From contig CP070670.1 in NCBI GenBank assembly GCA_020351855.1, forward strand, positions 1,170,294 through 1,234,293: a stretch of DNA of 64,000 bases, read 5' to 3'. The stretch is from Gemmatimonadota bacterium. GTDB lineage: Bacteria; Gemmatimonadota; Gemmatimonadetes; Palauibacterales; Palauibacteraceae. Positions 63,674 to 64,000 of this stretch are shown here, piece after piece (position 1 is the stretch's first letter; every line of letters starts with the position of its first letter). Made by a program: the position numbers and the translations under genes. Under the pieces are notes generated by a model, which was not told the origin of the DNA, ran no database searches, and saw only the letters and a list, made by a program, of their open reading frames with translations.

Positions 63674-63832
63674 TCAGCACGTCTCGGCGAACACCGCGAG
63701 CGCAGCCGTGAGGGCCGCTCCGAGGAGCACGGCCTGGAGCTGCCACTCCCCGCGACGCTGACGCGCTCGGCAGTGCGGACAGCGGTGGGCGTGGTCCGGG
63801 ATCATCACCTCGCAGCCCCTGCAGACCTTCAT
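63674..63832 (-). CDS. Hypothetical small zinc-ribbon membrane protein (52 aa)
   Basis: MKVCRGCEVMIPDHAHRCPHCRARQRRGEWQLQAVLLGAALTAALAVFAETC has a CxxC...CxxC motif followed by a C-terminal TM helix. AGGAGG lies 9 nt upstream. Convergent with ctaF. Confidence 0.45.
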   Translation of the reverse strand: MKVCRGCEVMIPDHAHRCPHCRARQRRGEWQLQAVLLGAALTAALAVFAETC

Positions 63833-64000
63833 CCTCCATTGCCTCCTGAAGGGGTGGGCCGCTCCACCGGAGACCGGAGGGGCGGCGGCTTGGCGCCGGC
63901 TCGACCTCCCGTGTAGGATACGGCGCACCCGGACCCCGCAACCAGAGGATAACGGCCTTGAAGCGCTACGCGGCATTCGATCCGCCCGAGTATGTGGGTT

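Overview
This 64 kb window is about 70% GC and looks like core chromosome from a diderm bacterium (Mla lipid-transport genes present) that uses classic AGGAGG ribosome-binding sites. The operon layout has a Firmicutes/Thermus-like flavour: ylxQ and DUF503 in the nusA-infB operon, a bacilliredoxin homologue, an archaeal-type ProRS, and a caa3-type oxidase. I can support about 57 protein-coding genes, nearly all in long co-directional runs with 1-4 nt start/stop overlaps. In order: uvrD/pcrA (5' truncated), gatCAB, an antisense DUF948 gene, murA-pgeF, rimP-nusA-ylxQ-infB-DUF503-rbfA-truB-ribF, rpsO-pnp, an M16 peptidase, ald, mreBCD-mrdA-rodA, accD-folC, brxA-like, hisS-proS-guaA and nif3. On the minus strand sit mlaE-mlaF-mlaD with a small lipoprotein and pepD. 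Then come an OPT transporter, a PqqD-like protein, a secreted M14 carboxypeptidase, hsp20-clpB, a lipoprotein, a GT2 glycosyltransferase and a VOC/epimerase (both minus strand), then trxA, rsmI, a hypothetical proline-rich membrane protein, valS, a repeat-containing lipoprotein, selA-purN-purH and the caa3 oxidase genes ctaC-ctaD-ctaE-ctaF. I found no rRNA, tRNA, CRISPR array, transposase or integrase. The points most worth a second look are an in-frame TAG inside what looks like an N-terminally extended oxidase subunit IV ORF, an orphan PqqD-like domain wedged between an OPT peptide transporter and a secreted M14 carboxypeptidase, a structured leader ending in an intrinsic terminator just upstream of rimP-nusA-infB, a stand-alone selA translationally coupled into a purine operon, and several perfect in-frame tandem repeats. 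Apart from those candidates the window looks like ordinary, highly syntenic housekeeping DNA, and I say so rather than inflate it.
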